A stretch of DNA of 64,000 nt from Cyanophora paradoxa CCMP329 (lineage: Eukaryota > Plantae > Glaucophyta). The DNA lies in assembly GCA_004431415.1 (NCBI GenBank), contig QPMI01000056.1, positions 248,001 through 312,000 of the forward strand, read 5' to 3'. Below are positions 61,093-64,000 of the stretch, one piece after another. How positions within the stretch are numbered: position 1 is the stretch's first letter; every line of letters begins with the position of its first letter. The notes under the pieces were generated by a model that saw only the letters and a list, made by a program, of their open reading frames with translations, was not told the DNA's origin and made no database searches. The position numbers and the translations under genes were made by a program.

Positions 61093-61340
61093 TACCGTGT
61101 AACACTTAATTAATGCGCCAGAAATTAATGCGTTTTTGGACCCGGACCCCTAGTGTGGATATAAATGCGGCACCAAATTAATGCGTTTTGAAGCTTTCTG
61201 TCTGCGTTAGGGGGGTACATCATGGCATACCGCAGTTTTCTTAGCGTTTCGATCGCGATATTAATGTGGTCCCGAATTAATGCGTTTTGCCAGCGAAAAC
61301 GCATTAATTACGGGGCGCATTACTTAAGTTTTACACGGTA
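61093..61340. mobile_element. MITE with 25-bp TIRs and TA target duplication
   Basis: TA-ccgtgtaacacttaattaatgcgcc ... ggcgcattacttaagttttacacgg-TA (2 mismatches). Internal aattaatgcg repeats. Confidence 0.85.
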
Positions 61341-62540
61341 CTACTAGTAGTACACTGCCGCAGCTAGCCTAGTAGCCTACTAGGCTAGTAGCTATAGCGC
61401 TGCAGACTGCACTGTCACAGTGTCACTGCAGTGCTTCCAAGTTCCGAAGTTCCAGCCAGTGCCAGCACTGCCAGGATGCACGCTCAGCGGCTACACTACT
61501 ACTGCAGTACAAGTTACTGTAGGACGGCTTTTTTAGCCGTAGTTTTAAATTGCCGTAAAGTTTGGGTTCGCCCGACTTCGTCGTAGCTAGTAGAGATCCA
61601 TCCCATGATTATCATCAATGATTCATCATAGCATGATCATGACTCATGATTCATGACATGTACTATATTAGCTAGCCCCATGATGATGGCATGCCATGAT
61701 GATGACAGTCACAGACTCTGAGATAGCGCGGCTTAGCGCTAGCGGCTGTCAGTGCCTGTCACTAGCCTGTCACTGCTGTCAGTGCCCCATCAATGGGGCC
61801 ATCATGGCATGCTACTACTACGTATATACTGTAGCCTGTAGGTGTAGTTATTTAGCCGTTGCGTTTGCGAGTTGGCGATTCCCCACTGGGCCAGCAGCAT
61901 CGGCCAATCAAGGAGTAAAGCTTTTTGAGAGTGATTCGAATTCGGGTAATATTCAAGACCCCAAAATAATTAGTAATCCTGGGGCTCGGCCTGTTTAGTT
62001 ACCTTTAGTAGCCTAGTAGCCTAGTAATAAAACTTTAGTACCTCGGGTTTAGTAATAAGTAGCCTAGTAGCCTACCTCGGGTTTAGTATACGATAAAACT
62101 TTAGTAATCGGGCCTCCGATCCAGATCTAGAACGTAGAACTATAAAAATCCAGTATACAAAATATTTCCCGACTTACAGTAGGCTACTGCAGCAGTACTA
62201 GTACTAGTACAGTAGTAGTACTGCCGAATCATGGCCGATTCGATCCCAGAGCCCCGTTGCTGCAAGCCTAGGCTGCCTAGCAACTTGGCAACTTGCTGGC
62301 AAACGTTTTTTTTAACTTGCCAAGTTGCTGCCCAACTTCAGCACTGCGGCAGCCGAGTCGACGTCTGCGGAGCTAGGCCTGCGGACCCAGGCTGCGGTGC
62401 CCCAGGGGCCAGACTGGCAGACTAGTGGCAGTCACCCGGTGACCAGTGCCACGCTGGCACGGTGAGTCACCAATGACTCACCAGTGAGTCACCACTGACT
62501 CGCCACTGATCATGAGTCACCAGCCTGACACCAGGCCTAC

Positions 62541-62812
62541 TACCGTGTGGCACTAAAATACCGCGGCATAAATTACCGCGTTAGAAACTCCGGCCCGAGG
62601 GTGGCCAAAATACCGCGGTACCAAATTACCGCGTTTTAAAAAACTGGAGGCTTGTATGGGGCGGTAATATTAATTAGGGGGGGTACTGTATAAAGCGACT
62701 TGCCTGCAGCTTAATACCGCGGTACCAAATTACCGCGTTTTAATAAATTCTCGGCGCGGTAATTTGGTACCGCGGTAATTAAGTGGGCGCGGTATTATAG
62801 TGCCACACGGTA
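62541..62812. mobile_element. MITE with 23-bp TIRs and TA target duplication
   Basis: TA-ccgtgtggcactaaaataccgcg ... cgcggtattatagtgccacacgg-TA (1 mismatch). Internal aaattaccgcg repeats. Confidence 0.85.
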
Positions 62813-64000
62813 CTACTACTACGGTAGTGCACGTGCGGAGAATTCGAAACTGTCACATGCGGCAGCGCAACCGATTCGGTCCGCAGCATTCATTAGTCAT
62901 TAGATCGGTATTAATATGCTATTAGTATTATGGTATATTTCAAAAAACGTTTGTGACGTACGCGCACCGTGGCGCATGCGCACGTGCACGTCCGCAGCGC
63001 TACTAGGCTAGCGCGACCACGACGTGCACGTGCTCGTTGACGTCAACGTCGGCTAATCGATACTGCAGACTGCAGTCTGCAGTAACGCAGCTAGCGAATC
63101 AGAAAAAAGCTGCGAAATAACTTTTGGGGGTGCCCCAAAAAAAGGCTTGCTGAGATTCTTGTATTAATGTGTTTGTCGCATCTTTTCGAGTTCGCGATTG
63201 GCCGGCAGCTTCGACGAATCAAGGAGCAAAGCTTTTAGCTTTTAAGTTAATTATATATATAACGTTTGCAATTGAAATTTGTCTCTTATATTTTTGCACC
63301 CAATGATAAATATTTAATTTAATTCAAAATATTGGGACCAATATTGTTTTTCTGCAAAGGGCCCCATAAGTTTTTTTCGGTTTTCGTTTTCATTTTCTAG
63401 AAACCATGGCCAAGGAGTCTATAATATATAGTCTATATCATAGTATAGTGAGTTCCAGTGTTCCAGTCTTCCAGATGGGACCCCAATCATTGAATGTCAC
63501 CCCATGGCCCATGGGGCCCGCATGATGGGCCCAGCTCAGATGGGGGTTTACCCCCATGCCTACCCCAAGCTAGAACTTCGGCTCGAGCCGGCTCTATAGA
63601 TCTGCTCGAGCCGAGCCGGCTTTCCCCGGCCGGCGCCCGCTGTACGTATACCGTAGTACATCATTTGCTTTTAAATAATCTCGGCTCCAGGGCCATGCGC
63701 TCTCTACTTGAGTCTTGAGCTTTCGTTTCTGTATATACGTACGATCTTCAGCACTCTATAGCTGCAGATGATAATCTTTCTGCAGCTGCCTCTCTTGTTT
63801 AATTTTCTGGAAGAGTCGGGCAGCTGCAGAGCTAGCTATAGCTATATATAGCTATCCCATTCACTGATCACGTGCACCTTACTAAAGTTTTAAGGTCAGT
63901 GATCATGACGCTTCAGACCTAGATACAGGCTAGAGGCTAGAGCTAGCTATAGTTCTCTGTTTGCTGAATAGTATATGCATTTTGCACTGCGGCAGCCGCC

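Noticed and set aside
61340-64000. Short palindromes and microrepeats (e.g. gcaacttggcaa...ttgccaagttgc at ~62280-62330)
   Set aside because: Probably decayed repeats; apart from the 62541-62812 MITE, no boundaries, TSDs or coding signal could be supported.
1-64000. Host species assignment (style reminiscent of a GC-rich alga such as a glaucophyte)
   Set aside because: No marker gene in the window allows a supported assignment without a database search.

Overview
This is GC-rich, intron-dense eukaryotic (protist/alga-like) DNA; the host cannot be identified from sequence alone. From left to right it holds: (i) the 5' end of an allantoinase gene (-), head-to-head with a multi-exon MSP1/ATAD1-type AAA ATPase gene (+, 620-10988) that uses several GC-AG introns; (ii) a secreted, probably GPI-anchored Cys-rich/(Ser-Pro)n protein gene, a 5'-truncated non-LTR insertion with a 14-bp TSD, and a pseudogenised copy of the ATPase 3' end; (iii) a giant (~41 kb span) minus-strand gene for a single-pass surface protein (signal peptide, many ~100-aa Cys-anchored beta repeats, REJ module, GPS motif, one TM helix). 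One intron of this gene carries a 13.7-kb AT-rich endogenous Polinton-like virus (33425-47133) with ~397-bp TIRs. The virus encodes an A32-like packaging ATPase, double-jelly-roll MCP, penton, two ORFans, an rve integrase and a ~1360-aa replicase. The replicase appears to fuse a putative OTU-like protease, a degenerate PolB with no recognisable exonuclease motifs, an SF1 helicase and an HNH-like domain. The virus itself carries a 2.2-kb GC-rich VNTR island flanked by a perfect 15-bp direct repeat, which appears to split the replicase promoter. All seven frameshifts in the viral genes fit single missing bases, probably long-read errors. TA-flanked CCGTG...CACGG MITEs occur in intergenic DNA. 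Most ORFs in the supplied track outside the virus are artefacts of GC-rich or intronic sequence.
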